DNA of 64,000 bases from an uncultured virus (IMG/VR IMGVR_UViG_3300007512_002205) (lineage: Duplodnaviria; Heunggongvirae; Uroviricota; Caudoviricetes): IMG/VR virus record IMGVR_UViG_3300007512_002205, positions 1 to 64,000 of that record. One strand, written 5' to 3'. The position numbers were made by a program, and so were the translations under genes. Positions 27,192-36,537 of this stretch are shown one piece after another (the stretch's first letter is position 1; each line of letters begins with the position of its first letter). The notes under the pieces are model-generated. The model saw nothing but the letters and a program-made list of their open reading frames with translations. It was not told the origin of the DNA and did not search any database.

Positions 27192-28931
27192 TTATACCAA
27201 GTCTCGAACAATAACCAGACCGTACATATCAGGTCGAACCATCTTCTTGGCGTATCTGGTCATCACGCCCTTACGGGGCACGAAGTCTTCAACACCGAAG
27301 ATTGTTGGTGTGGTCTGTAGCGGCACATAAGGTGCGTATACATATCCACTCTCCAGGAACGAGCTTCCCTTACGTCCAATCAGGATAACGTTACGCATGA
27401 AGTAAGGATTGACGAACACGTCCCACTTGCGTGAGAGTGTACCAACCTTTACCGCACCCGCTGACGAACCCTTCATTTCTTCAAGGTTAACTGTCGCACG
27501 GAAACCGCTTGTCATCTCAAGGATGCTTGCCACTTCTGGTGAACACACGAGGAAGTTTGCACCTCCGCGCAATGTCTTTCTGTGGATACGAGCGGACGCA
27601 TCATTAACTGTTTCCAGCAATGTTTCGTACCACTTGCTCACGTCACCAGTGTAGTCAGGTGGTGCCGTCGCTGATGTGATATCAGCACCGGATTCTCTGT
27701 TCAGGAACTTGCCAGGGTGGCGTGACCAGTACAGAGTTGCACCTGTTGCCTTCTTCACCAGATCCTCAAGGATCTCTTGATCGATTTCCAGAGCAATCTG
27801 CTCTGACAGGATCGATGTAAGCTCAACCTCGGCATCGAGATTGTGATAGGCATTCAGGTCCTGAGCAAGCTCGGGAGTCCATTTCGCCTTAAGCTTCTTG
27901 GAGATCGCTGTGACCGACAGTGAGTCGACCTTGATATCGATTTCAGGAATGAAGTCAACATCGCGATCGCCATCGCTTTCCTGTGTCGCCTCTTCAAGAC
28001 CCCAGATTTCACGACCGGCAACCGCACCAAGTGCATGAGCACCCGCTGTGGCGAACTTGTCGTCAATTGGGAAGTGAAGGTTGTTAACCGCAGCGAGTGA
28101 CGCAGAGAGGTCATCAACAGTTTCTGAACCTGTTGCAGCAAGCACCATAAGGACCTTGCTTGTGTCAACGGTGTCATCCTTTGTTAGACGACGTACCTGA
28201 GTTCCGCCCTGTTTTTCATCACCGGAAATGTTACCGGAAATCGCAACGTAGTTATCAGCGTTCCACTGATTTGATGTCAGGTTGGCCTTTGAGAAGATAC
28301 CGACAGCAACATTTGTGCTGTTCGCTACCAAGTCAGGGTCATACTGAATCAGTTTATCACCAAGAGCCGTATACGCGGCAGTTCCTGACCATGTTGAACC
28401 AGCCGAGGCTGACGCGACAACAGCAACAGAAACACCTGTACTCGATGTTGGTGAAGAGTAAGCGTTGTTCAAGTTGTAGAAACTCTTTTCAGCATTGTCA
28501 TTGGATAGTGAGATACCACCAGTGAGCTGCTGACCAACAACACCGCCACCATACAGTGACTCGCCAGCAACGCTGCCTTTCAAACGTGTGTTTGTAAAGG
28601 TGAAGTCTAGGAAAAAGATTAGTCCTGACGGCAAACTCATGGGTTGCACGGAGACTAATTCATTCGCGATTAGACCACCAAATACTCGACGCACGATCGG
28701 AAAAGCCACGCTGGCAAAGCCTTCAACATCGCCACCACTCATAGTGGAAGCTTCGCGAAGTAGCTGCTTTGCTTGGTTTTCGAGCAATAAGCTCATGTTA
28801 ACTCTATCTCGCTCCGTACCGATACTCTCCAAAAGACCAGTGTTTTCCCACTTCTTTACCAAAGCGGAACTTTCCTTTCTGAGATCTCGTTCTACGATAT
28901 CGCGAGTTAATGCTTCAACGATTGTAGCCAT
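27192..28931 (-). CDS. major capsid protein (T4 gp23 family)
   Basis: LLENQ, FPIVRRVF, VSVQPMSLPSGLIFFLDF, KLKAKWTPELAQDLNAYH.LDAE.EL, YAPYVPL, GVMTRY. Confidence 0.96.
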   Translation of the reverse strand: MATIVEALTRDIVERDLRKESSALVKKWENTGLLESIGTERDRVNMSLLLENQAKQLLREASTMSGGDVEGFASVAFPIVRRVFGGLIANELVSVQPMSLPSGLIFFLDFTFTNTRLKGSVAGESLYGGGVVGQQLTGGISLSNDNAEKSFYNLNNAYSSPTSSTGVSVAVVASASAGSTWSGTAAYTALGDKLIQYDPDLVANSTNVAVGIFSKANLTSNQWNADNYVAISGNISGDEKQGGTQVRRLTKDDTVDTSKVLMVLAATGSETVDDLSASLAAVNNLHFPIDDKFATAGAHALGAVAGREIWGLEEATQESDGDRDVDFIPEIDIKVDSLSVTAISKKLKAKWTPELAQDLNAYHNLDAEVELTSILSEQIALEIDQEILEDLVKKATGATLYWSRHPGKFLNRESGADITSATAPPDYTGDVSKWYETLLETVNDASARIHRKTLRGGANFLVCSPEVASILEMTSGFRATVNLEEMKGSSAGAVKVGTLSRKWDVFVNPYFMRNVILIGRKGSSFLESGYVYAPYVPLQTTPTIFGVEDFVPRKGVMTRYAKKMVRPDMYGLVIVRDLV

Positions 28932-28946
28932 AATTTTCTTTCCTCC

Positions 28947-30263
28947 TTAATTTATTCCAGCTAAACGTTTCATCTTTTCCCTAAAGGGATCGGAATCTTT
29001 TTTGTTTTCTGCTCTATTAGCTTTAATGAGCAAAGGAGAAGATTTTCGTGTAATAGCCTCGCTTAGTGATTTGGGGTGTCTCTTTTTGCCACCCTCCACC
29101 GTGCTTTTGAGAGTCTCATAGACAATCTTCGTTTCCTTAATTGAACGGGACTTGTTGATGTTCTCGACAATTTTATCTTTTTGCCGCTCATTCAACGAGG
29201 CATCAGTCAATGTCCTGTTCGTGTATAACAACTTGGCGTTAGCCAATTGTGATTCTGCAAATTTCTGTTTCATCTGTTCAAATACCTTCGCAGCGTTACT
29301 ATTAACTAGTGCGGCGTTTTCGTATTTGTCCTTGTATTCTTTAATTTTTCCACTTAAAGCCTTATTTACGGTTTCAAGTCGCTTATTTAGTTCTTTTTGG
29401 TTGCCAACTTCTTTATTGGCTTTTTCTTTTGTTTTCTTAACCTTGTCTTCAAGTTCTGCAACTTCTTCAACAAGTTCTGCCAACATAAGATTTATGTGAT
29501 CTTGTTCTGAAATCGAGCCAAAGGGGTTGCCTTCCTTGGCAAAGTTGTAATCAACTTTTACGCCTTCAGCAACACAATTGCCTTTGCATTTTTCAGATTT
29601 CTTCTTGCAAATGCAATCTTTCTTGCCGCACTCTTCGCACTTTTCCCCATTTTTTGGAATGAGCTTGTCTTCATCAACGTTTTCTTCTTCATAGATGGGG
29701 TCAATGATCTCTTCCTCATCACCAATGAAGCTTCCAAGGGCATCAACCAAGCTGTCTTCGCCCTCTTCTTCTCCAAAAGAAAGAGCTTCTGCCAACTCTG
29801 TTAAAAGCTCATCGTCGATTTCAACTGATTCGTTTGTTTCTTTTCTTTTTGTTGGACCAGCCCCAGGATCGATTTCATATTCAGAAAGAGAATCGAGGCT
29901 GATCTCAATAAGTTGTTCGTCATCAGGATAGGCTGTCTTTCCAACATTCTCGCCATTCAAAAAAGCATACTCAATCTGCGTTGGGATTGTGTCGTTATCT
30001 GTTTCGGTTGCAGCGAAATCAACAGGTGTCTGCGGTGCTGGTGGAACTCCAGCCTCTTCCCCCGTCATATCGCCACCGGCCATGGGATCTTCCATGCCCA
30101 TATCTTCGCCCAAAGCGGCACCAAGATCTTGTTCTAAAAGAACGTCCATTTTCTTTTTTACTTCATCAGAAAAACGTTCAACAACATCTTGCTGGGCGGC
30201 TTTAAGGGCCGCCTCCTTTAATTCTTTTGCATCTATAATTGCTTGTTCTAACATGGAAGGCAT
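28947..30263 (-). CDS. prohead core scaffold protein
   Basis: Acidic N-terminal half, long coiled coil, C-terminal MKRLAGI; directly upstream of MCP. Confidence 0.75.
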   Translation of the reverse strand: MPSMLEQAIIDAKELKEAALKAAQQDVVERFSDEVKKKMDVLLEQDLGAALGEDMGMEDPMAGGDMTGEEAGVPPAPQTPVDFAATETDNDTIPTQIEYAFLNGENVGKTAYPDDEQLIEISLDSLSEYEIDPGAGPTKRKETNESVEIDDELLTELAEALSFGEEEGEDSLVDALGSFIGDEEEIIDPIYEEENVDEDKLIPKNGEKCEECGKKDCICKKKSEKCKGNCVAEGVKVDYNFAKEGNPFGSISEQDHINLMLAELVEEVAELEDKVKKTKEKANKEVGNQKELNKRLETVNKALSGKIKEYKDKYENAALVNSNAAKVFEQMKQKFAESQLANAKLLYTNRTLTDASLNERQKDKIVENINKSRSIKETKIVYETLKSTVEGGKKRHPKSLSEAITRKSSPLLIKANRAENKKDSDPFREKMKRLAGIN

Positions 30264-30291
30264 ATTTCAGCTCCTGATACTAAATTGCTAA

Positions 30292-30301
30292 TATAAATAG
30301 T
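30292..30301 (-). promoter_or_regulatory. putative late promoter (ACTATTTATA) of scaffold-capsid
   Basis: Motif 28 nt upstream of ATG 30263. Confidence 0.7.
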
Positions 30302-30345
30302 ATCCTGAAATAGTAAATTCGCACTTCACATTTTAAAGTGGGTGA

Positions 30346-30768
30346 TTACACATTAGAAGTCATAACAGAGCCTGACCAATTGTTGTGCCATGAGCCTGTT
30401 TCAATGCCTGTGAGTCCCGCAATGACACTCGCTGTCACCTCGACAGTGTGACCTGCAAGATAAACACTGCCGACTCTCCAATCCGCCGTGTACGACTCGC
30501 CATCATCAAGGGTGAAATAGTAATTGCTGCCTGTTAAACCGTTGGAACTAAAAGCAACTCTCAGTTTCGCTCCTGATACGCCGCCATCATTACGAACCGT
30601 AACAAACTTAGAGACATAGGGGAATTTAACTTGTGTTGGTGTACTTGGATCTGATGCGCTCTGCACCAACAAAGAAGACGTAATAAACGGAATGCCGCTT
30701 AACTGATACTGACCGACACTTTGAATACCGCTTTTGTGTCTTGTAAAATGTTTGTCTGTTAATGCCAT
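30346..30768 (-). CDS. small beta-rich virion protein (possible capsid decoration)
   Basis: VGQYQLSGIPF, Ser/Thr/Gly-rich beta pattern, located in head module. Confidence 0.5.
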   Translation of the reverse strand: MALTDKHFTRHKSGIQSVGQYQLSGIPFITSSLLVQSASDPSTPTQVKFPYVSKFVTVRNDGGVSGAKLRVAFSSNGLTGSNYYFTLDDGESYTADWRVGSVYLAGHTVEVTASVIAGLTGIETGSWHNNWSGSVMTSNV

Positions 30769-30783
30769 ATTCTTCTCTTCCTC

Positions 30784-31002
30784 TTATTGTTGTTGTTGCT
30801 GTTGGCGCTTTGCAGCATTTCTTATTTTTCTTTTCTTTTCTCTTCGACGTTTAACAGAAGGTTTTTCATAATACATTCGTGCTCGATAGTCTTCAAGAAT
30901 CCTTTCGTTTTTGACCTTCTTCATAAACTTACGAATAAGGCGATAAGCATCGTTATTGTTGTAACGATCGACAACGTTTACATTGACTGCTCGTTTACCC
31001 AT
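30784..31002 (-). CDS. rpsU: phage-encoded ribosomal protein bS21
   Basis: RLIRKFMKKVKNERILEDYRARMYYEKPSVKRRREK matches the bS21 pattern (l.rFK.k......l...r.r.yYEKPS..R). Confidence 0.88.
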   Translation of the reverse strand: MGKRAVNVNVVDRYNNNDAYRLIRKFMKKVKNERILEDYRARMYYEKPSVKRRREKKRKIRNAAKRQQQQQQ

Positions 31003-31477
31003 TCTTCTTTACCCCCGCTTTGCGTGCCCAATTTTGGGAACCCGGTATCGCCATAACGTTCAAACCCTCGCTCATAAGCATTTTAGCTGCCTCTTCATCA
31101 ATGTGTGGCGGAATGGAAGTGTCTGCGGGCTCTTCAAGGGGTGCTGTGCCCTCAAACATTGAAGCAACTGACGGACTTGAAAAAGAAAGTTGAGGGGCTG
31201 CTGCTTCTGGTGTCTCTTCCACTGAACCTCTTCCAACTTCTTCAAGCATTTGTCGTCTCATTTGATCAAAATCTGATTTTGGCCCCGGTTCAGCTCCTTG
31301 AGGAAACGATGGTTTGTGACGAGGGGCTTCTTTTACAGCGGGCTTTCTTTGGACACCGCCAAGACCCTTTGCGACCTCAGTGATCATACCGGAAATGACA
31401 CCCTCTTCAATAAGAAGTTCATAAAGACATTCTTTGATAATCTTTTTAAAGAACTTTTTTGTATCCTTACTTTTCAT
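30995..31477 (-). CDS. head-module hypothetical protein
   Basis: KKIIKECLYELLIEEGVISGMITEV; between protease and bS21. Confidence 0.6.
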   Translation of the reverse strand: MKSKDTKKFFKKIIKECLYELLIEEGVISGMITEVAKGLGGVQRKPAVKEAPRHKPSFPQGAEPGPKSDFDQMRRQMLEEVGRGSVEETPEAAAPQLSFSSPSVASMFEGTAPLEEPADTSIPPHIDEEAAKMLMSEGLNVMAIPGSQNWARKAGVKKNG

Positions 31478-32084
31478 TTTTAACCTCTGTCAAGATGTCG
31501 TTGATCGCTCTATTAATCTTGTCTGCCTTTGAATAAATATCGTTTGGAATTTTTCCTTCAGCAATCATGAAGGCTCCCGGCGTCGAAGGTTCTGAAACAA
31601 GATCGAAACAAACAAGCTGGAAGTCGTCTTGAACCATCGTTTTGCCACTCTCTTCCTTCGTTGAACCAACACCCCTTGAGCTGATTCCGTATTTAATATT
31701 GTTTCGCCTGAGTTCTTTTGCGATACGTCCTTGGGGAGTATCAAGCAATTTAATCTTTCCGACAACATCATTGCCACGCATTTCAATATGGGTTACAACA
31801 TGTGAAACTTTTTCAAGTTCGACAATTGCAGACTCGGGGTGATCGAGTTGTCCCAACGCCCTGTTCTCTCGAACAAGCTTTTTATAGTTTTCAACCTCTC
31901 TTTCAAGAATATTCTTTGGATAAATGCGGCCATTGCCATTTTCAGTATCGGCTTTCTGCATAATACCTGACATTATGACTTCTTCGCCGGAACTTACTTT
32001 TTCTTTTTCCTCTTCCGTCAAAAGACCATATTCGTCTTCTGTCGTCAACTCAAGGAATTCTGTTAAAAGAAACTTCTTATCCAT
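31467..32084 (-). CDS. prohead protease (gp21 family)
   Basis: NGNGRIYP, ALGQLDHP, VSH, TPQG, GISSRGVGS, FDLVSEPSTPGA. Confidence 0.93.
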   Translation of the reverse strand: MDKKFLLTEFLELTTEDEYGLLTEEEKEKVSSGEEVIMSGIMQKADTENGNGRIYPKNILEREVENYKKLVRENRALGQLDHPESAIVELEKVSHVVTHIEMRGNDVVGKIKLLDTPQGRIAKELRRNNIKYGISSRGVGSTKEESGKTMVQDDFQLVCFDLVSEPSTPGAFMIAEGKIPNDIYSKADKINRAINDILTEVKNEK

Positions 32085-32283
32085 TTTGCATTCCACCCAT
32101 CAATGACAAAACCTCTTCAGGCGTCTTTCCAGCCAACATCTTCATAAGAAGCTCATCTTTTGCTGCTGGATCCATTTTTCCAACAACTCCTTGCATTTCA
32201 TTATTGGGCTGAAAAGAAGAACCGAGTTGTTCACGAATGATCTCTCGTAGCCTTTTCACCGAAATTGTAACCTTGTCTGCCAT
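32077..32283 (-). CDS. small head-associated protein
   Basis: ISVKRLREIIREQL N-terminus. Confidence 0.55.
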   Translation of the reverse strand: MADKVTISVKRLREIIREQLGSSFQPNNEMQGVVGKMDPAAKDELLMKMLAGKTPEEVLSLMGGMQNG

Positions 32284-32284
32284 T

Positions 32285-32380
32285 TTAATCTCCTGCGGGC
32301 GTTACCCGCGCGCCTATACAACCTTTCCTACACAACCTTGGTGGCTGAAGGAACCATCTAATCGTCGCAACTGTATTCAT
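32285..32380 (-). CDS. unannotated 31-aa peptide with CxxxC
   Basis: MNTVATIRWFLQPPRLCRKGCIGARVTPAGD; strong SD GGAGG 6 nt before ATG. Confidence 0.6.
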   Translation of the reverse strand: MNTVATIRWFLQPPRLCRKGCIGARVTPAGD

Positions 32381-32666
32381 TTTCAACCTCCAGTTTCAAT
32401 CCATTGTCGTCAAACAACGAACAAAGGATATATGATGTCCCCGAACTCAGAAGCCCCAACAGTATTGGAGTCCCCCAATCTAGCTCAAAAGTAATTAGTC
32501 TTGAAAAGAAAGAAAAACCGTAAACAATCAGGCCCGCCCAAAATCCCACACACATTGGACACTTAAAGAATCGATGCTTTGGACGAATCTTATCAAAAAT
32601 TTTCCCGTAGCATAAAATCAGTGTCAATCCATAACACATTAAAATAAAATATAGGAGTGTCATCAC
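32358..32666 (-). CDS. membrane protein with CxxC-GFW motif (DUF1360-like)
   Basis: Three hydrophobic segments; FFKCPMCVGFWAG. Confidence 0.65.
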   Translation of the reverse strand: MMTLLYFILMCYGLTLILCYGKIFDKIRPKHRFFKCPMCVGFWAGLIVYGFSFFSRLITFELDWGTPILLGLLSSGTSYILCSLFDDNGLKLEVENEYSCDD

Positions 32667-33118
32667 AGCTCTTCTTCAAGTTCTTTGTATTTTTGTTTTA
32701 CCATATCGGTGCTGTTATGTGTTAGGTGGACCTTGCCATTTGTAGGATTTAGAACCACTCGGCTATATCCACCATCTGAAAGATAAAAGATGTGTAGTGG
32801 GCCTTCTGCAAGTTCTTTGTACGCTTGCTCGTGTTTTAAAACTTTATTATCGTGCTTGCCTGTCAAAGCCAAGTCAAGGTCCTCAAGGGCTCGAAACAAT
32901 TTCTCATCGTTAACCGTATCAAAATAACCATCGATATCATCATTCATCAATAAATTATGAAGTACAACAATCTGACCCTTAATGTACGCCAAGGGGTTTG
33001 CTTCCGGCGAATCCATACTTCCGGTTTTACCATCATCGTGGGTAGCCGGATCTGCTGTTGAAGGAGTGTTATCCTCCTGTTCTGTGATAAATTGCTGCCA
33101 CTTCTTTAAATAACTCAT
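32663..33118 (-). CDS. hypothetical protein (possible internal head protein)
   Basis: N-terminal KKWQQFITEQ; in head operon. Confidence 0.55.
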   Translation of the reverse strand: MSYLKKWQQFITEQEDNTPSTADPATHDDGKTGSMDSPEANPLAYIKGQIVVLHNLLMNDDIDGYFDTVNDEKLFRALEDLDLALTGKHDNKVLKHEQAYKELAEGPLHIFYLSDGGYSRVVLNPTNGKVHLTHNSTDMVKQKYKELEEEL

Positions 33119-33120
33119 GA

Positions 33121-33726
33121 TTAAATCCTATAAAGAATTCCGTATGGTTTATAAAGAGGATCAATTGTTCCCTTCTTTTCACCCTGTGGAACTTCACCGT
33201 ATTCTGTCGAATCTTCGGCACCGGGCTCAATGTACATCTCTTCGACTTCATCGAGATACTCATCGTATGTCATGTACTTCTCTTTATCGTTCTCAACGAA
33301 TCTTTTTGTGACAAGAAGAACGACCTGCAACGCATCAACTTCTTCGTTAACAGGGTAAAAGGCTTCCAATGAGCCATATACACCACCACTTCTTATGCTG
33401 TCAACAACAATGGCTCCCTTCTGAGCTAAGAAGTCAAAGTATCTTTTTTGTGCTGCATAAACTGCGGTACTCTTATTGGTCTTTGGCAATGTCAAAATCT
33501 TATTCTTAAACGGGATAAGCGTTATATCAATCTGTGGGTGATCATATATTATAATATTGCCATCGAGAGTCTTTCTCGCATTGAGTTTGACCTTGAGAAA
33601 TTCTCCCATGATCGTAACAACGATATCAGGCTCACCCTTTTCTTCCCCCGGAAGAACATCATCCTCTGGAAAGTCGAAACCTGCGGCTTCAACCGCTTCT
33701 TTGCCAATTTGTACTTCAATAGTCAT
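33121..33726 (-). CDS. head-module hypothetical protein
   Basis: LNARKTLDGNIIIYDHPQIDI, STEYGEVPQ..KKGTI. Confidence 0.6.
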   Translation of the reverse strand: MTIEVQIGKEAVEAAGFDFPEDDVLPGEEKGEPDIVVTIMGEFLKVKLNARKTLDGNIIIYDHPQIDITLIPFKNKILTLPKTNKSTAVYAAQKRYFDFLAQKGAIVVDSIRSGGVYGSLEAFYPVNEEVDALQVVLLVTKRFVENDKEKYMTYDEYLDEVEEMYIEPGAEDSTEYGEVPQGEKKGTIDPLYKPYGILYRI

Positions 33727-34541
33727 TAACTTTGTAATTCCTTAACGAGTTGTTGCATTTTGAGTATCAATACAAAATCTTTCTTTTGATACTCTTGTTT
33801 TTCTTGATACTCCTTCAAGCACTGGACTACTTTTTTTGCTCCTTCCAGCATTCCTTCATCTTCTTGTAATTCTTTTATGTCATAAGATGATTCAATAGAC
33901 TCTTTAATCCTGTTAAACTCTTCATTCAAAAACACTTTGAACTCGACATCTTTTGTGCCGGAACTAACAAACAGGTTTATCAGTCTCTTTTGTTCTGGCA
34001 AAAACGAATCGTATTTCTTATTAAAGTTTCTCACAAAGGAAGCAAGCACCATATTGTCAACAAGAACCGTCTCTTGCCTCTTCTTTGTTTTAATCACCAT
34101 GTTTTCAAGGATTTTCTTTTCAAGGATTATTCGCCCCTTAATTGAGCCCTTATCGTTGAAAATCTGATATATCGTTGCAAGCTCTTTGTAGTTTGGGACA
34201 TAATTTGAAAACACATTTGGGGACAAAACTCTATTAACCTTGGCGATGAGCCGACTCTGTGTCTTATAAACTTCGTTATCTCCGAATGTCGAATACACTC
34301 TTCGAACTTCATAAAGAATTTTTTCTGCATCCAGGGGATTAACTTCTTTTGCTTCCAAAATGGTTTTATATAAGGCAAGTTCTTTTCCGAGAATGGCATC
34401 CTTGTTGAAAAACTCTTTGACAAGAGACATTGAGATCTCTTTCTTGTGTTCGTCCCCATCAATTGTTGCCTTCACAAGCTCTCTGATTAACGCTTCATAC
34501 AAAAAAGCAGTGTTTCTCTTTTTATTGTGTTTAAATTTCAT
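33726..34541 (-). CDS. head-module hypothetical protein
   Basis: Likely start MKFKHNKKRNTAFLYEAL at 34541, overlapping the portal end. Confidence 0.65.
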   Translation of the reverse strand: MKFKHNKKRNTAFLYEALIRELVKATIDGDEHKKEISMSLVKEFFNKDAILGKELALYKTILEAKEVNPLDAEKILYEVRRVYSTFGDNEVYKTQSRLIAKVNRVLSPNVFSNYVPNYKELATIYQIFNDKGSIKGRIILEKKILENMVIKTKKRQETVLVDNMVLASFVRNFNKKYDSFLPEQKRLINLFVSSGTKDVEFKVFLNEEFNRIKESIESSYDIKELQEDEGMLEGAKKVVQCLKEYQEKQEYQKKDFVLILKMQQLVKELQS

Positions 34542-36534
34542 CTTTATCTGACTCCACTGTTTCCAAAACCTCATCGACCTCTTTTTGATACTCATGGATG
34601 TCTCTTTCCAATTTCTCAAAAATCTTTTCCTTTGACTCATAAAGGCCAAGTCCTATCCTATCTAATTCTCTTTTTCCTGGGTGGCTTGAGCCTTGCTTCT
34701 TTCCTGTTAATGCCGCAGCGTTCTTTCTTCGCGGCCCCATGCCACGCCTCTTGTCTGTGGCAACGGGTTTATACCTCTTGCCCTTGGCGGAACGTGTTGT
34801 ATACGAACCATCACTAAACTGCGTAAACATAGGAACTGGCCCCTTGAACGCTGAACCTTTTTGGGTGTCCTTCTTCGCTGGTGCTCCAGCCGGTGGCCCC
34901 ATTGGGGCTTCTCCTGGTGCGGCCAATAACGGGGTCTTTTCCTCTGGTCCTGACGGAGCGACAGGCTCTTCCATGCCCATATCAGCATCAAGTGCGCCCT
35001 CTCCTTCGGGCGCAGCGAGATCCATTGGGGGCGCACCACCACCGGGTGCCCCTCCTTCACCACCAGCAGCAAACCCTGGTTCTTGTGCCATTGCTTCAAG
35101 TTGAAGGTCAATCTTCTGATCGTAGAACCGCTCATACTGATTACGAACGAATTCATCATCTGTGAGATTGAACACGTTTCTTGAAACCCATGGACGGCTA
35201 AAGCCTGAATTTGTCGCTTGTCCCGCAACCTCAAACTTTGTTCTCCAATGTTCAAGCTCTTGTATCTGGGCCAATTTCGATGGGTTGTTAAGTTTCAGTT
35301 TGAAGGACATAATGTCTTCACCGCGATAACCCAAAGTGAAAAGGTGAACGATTGCAATCTTTTCAAGCTCTGCAATGACAGATCTTTGAAGCCTCTGAAT
35401 GGTTCTTGAAAAACGAATGTCCTTTTGAGATAATGTTGTCTTGTCCTCATTTCCTGCGTCCTTGCCCATCGAAAGATATGCTTCAGGAATCTTAATGGCT
35501 GCAAACAAATTATTTTTTAAATATTGAATGTCATCAATCTGTGTTGTGTTTTGTCCACCCGGAAGAGCGGTAATTTCTGTTGCTGAGTTTTCACCACGAA
35601 CTGGCAAAAAGATGTTTTCTTCAACACTCAATGGGTTATAACGAAGATCGACGCGCCCTGTATCAGGATCAACAACCGAGTGCCTTCTTGTTGATGTTAT
35701 AACTTTTTCAATAAACTGTGGAACATCTTCAGGCGCAATGCCTCCAACATCAATTTTGTAAATCAACCGCTCTGGCGATCTGATGATACGATATGACATC
35801 ATTGCGTCTTCCATCATTGTCAATTGTCGCCAAATACGTCTCGCTGGTTCAAGAACACTTGTTCCATACGGAGCGTACTTGTCATTTCCAAGAATTCGGA
35901 AATGAGCCAACTGCCAGTTCTCAAAGGTTAGGCCACCGGCATTCCACTGGAATTGGATATAGTTGGGGTTCTCTTTATCTTCTCCCTCAAGGCGTTCAAC
36001 TTCTTGAGTCGGCAAGCTGATAACAGACTTCACACCAATATCTTCATTGAGATCCAGATAAAGAAAAAAATCGCCATATTTACATAGCGATCTGCACCAT
36101 CCGTATAAGTTGTGTTCAATATTCAACACGTTGTAAAAGAGCGTGTTTAATATGCCTGAAATCTCTTCGTTGGGGCATTCAACATTGAGAATTGGGGCGT
36201 AAATACTATGGGTTGTCATCTCGTCTGCATAAATATCGATGGCAGACGCAAGGATTGGATAATATTCCATTTGATCAAAATCACCGTAGCGTTCGCCACG
36301 GTTGTGTTGATTCATCACCGTTGATTGCAAGTTCTCAAACGGATTATAAGCAGACCTCTTAAAATCCAAACCTGCCAATGATCTAAATCTATTGGCGTAT
36401 TTGTCAAGTTGACGCTTTTTTAGCTTTCTCGGAGTCTGTGCATCATAATTGACAATCGGACCTGAAAATAGTCTTGTCAGCCGTTTAAACAACGGGGATA
36501 ATTCATTCTTTGGATTCTTTTTCTTGTCTACCAT
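34531..36534 (-). CDS. portal protein (T4 gp20 family) with long disordered C-terminal tail
   Basis: AIDIYADE, KYGDFF, AHFR, YGTSVLE.AR..W.QL..MEDAM..YRI.R.PER, I.ALPGG, DIRFSRTI.RLQ. Confidence 0.93.
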   Translation of the reverse strand: MVDKKKNPKNELSPLFKRLTRLFSGPIVNYDAQTPRKLKKRQLDKYANRFRSLAGLDFKRSAYNPFENLQSTVMNQHNRGERYGDFDQMEYYPILASAIDIYADEMTTHSIYAPILNVECPNEEISGILNTLFYNVLNIEHNLYGWCRSLCKYGDFFLYLDLNEDIGVKSVISLPTQEVERLEGEDKENPNYIQFQWNAGGLTFENWQLAHFRILGNDKYAPYGTSVLEPARRIWRQLTMMEDAMMSYRIIRSPERLIYKIDVGGIAPEDVPQFIEKVITSTRRHSVVDPDTGRVDLRYNPLSVEENIFLPVRGENSATEITALPGGQNTTQIDDIQYLKNNLFAAIKIPEAYLSMGKDAGNEDKTTLSQKDIRFSRTIQRLQRSVIAELEKIAIVHLFTLGYRGEDIMSFKLKLNNPSKLAQIQELEHWRTKFEVAGQATNSGFSRPWVSRNVFNLTDDEFVRNQYERFYDQKIDLQLEAMAQEPGFAAGGEGGAPGGGAPPMDLAAPEGEGALDADMGMEEPVAPSGPEEKTPLLAAPGEAPMGPPAGAPAKKDTQKGSAFKGPVPMFTQFSDGSYTTRSAKGKRYKPVATDKRRGMGPRRKNAAALTGKKQGSSHPGKRELDRIGLGLYESKEKIFEKLERDIHEYQKEVDEVLETVESDKDEI

Positions 36535-36537
36535 TTG

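Noticed and set aside
30292..30299. Plus-strand TATAAATA as a true T4 late promoter
   Set aside because: No plus-strand genes follow; variant copies and positions fit a minus-strand motif upstream of late genes.
32285..32380. Selenoprotein in this genome
   Set aside because: Both Cys codons are TGT and there is no in-frame TGA; kept only as a hypothesis about homologs.
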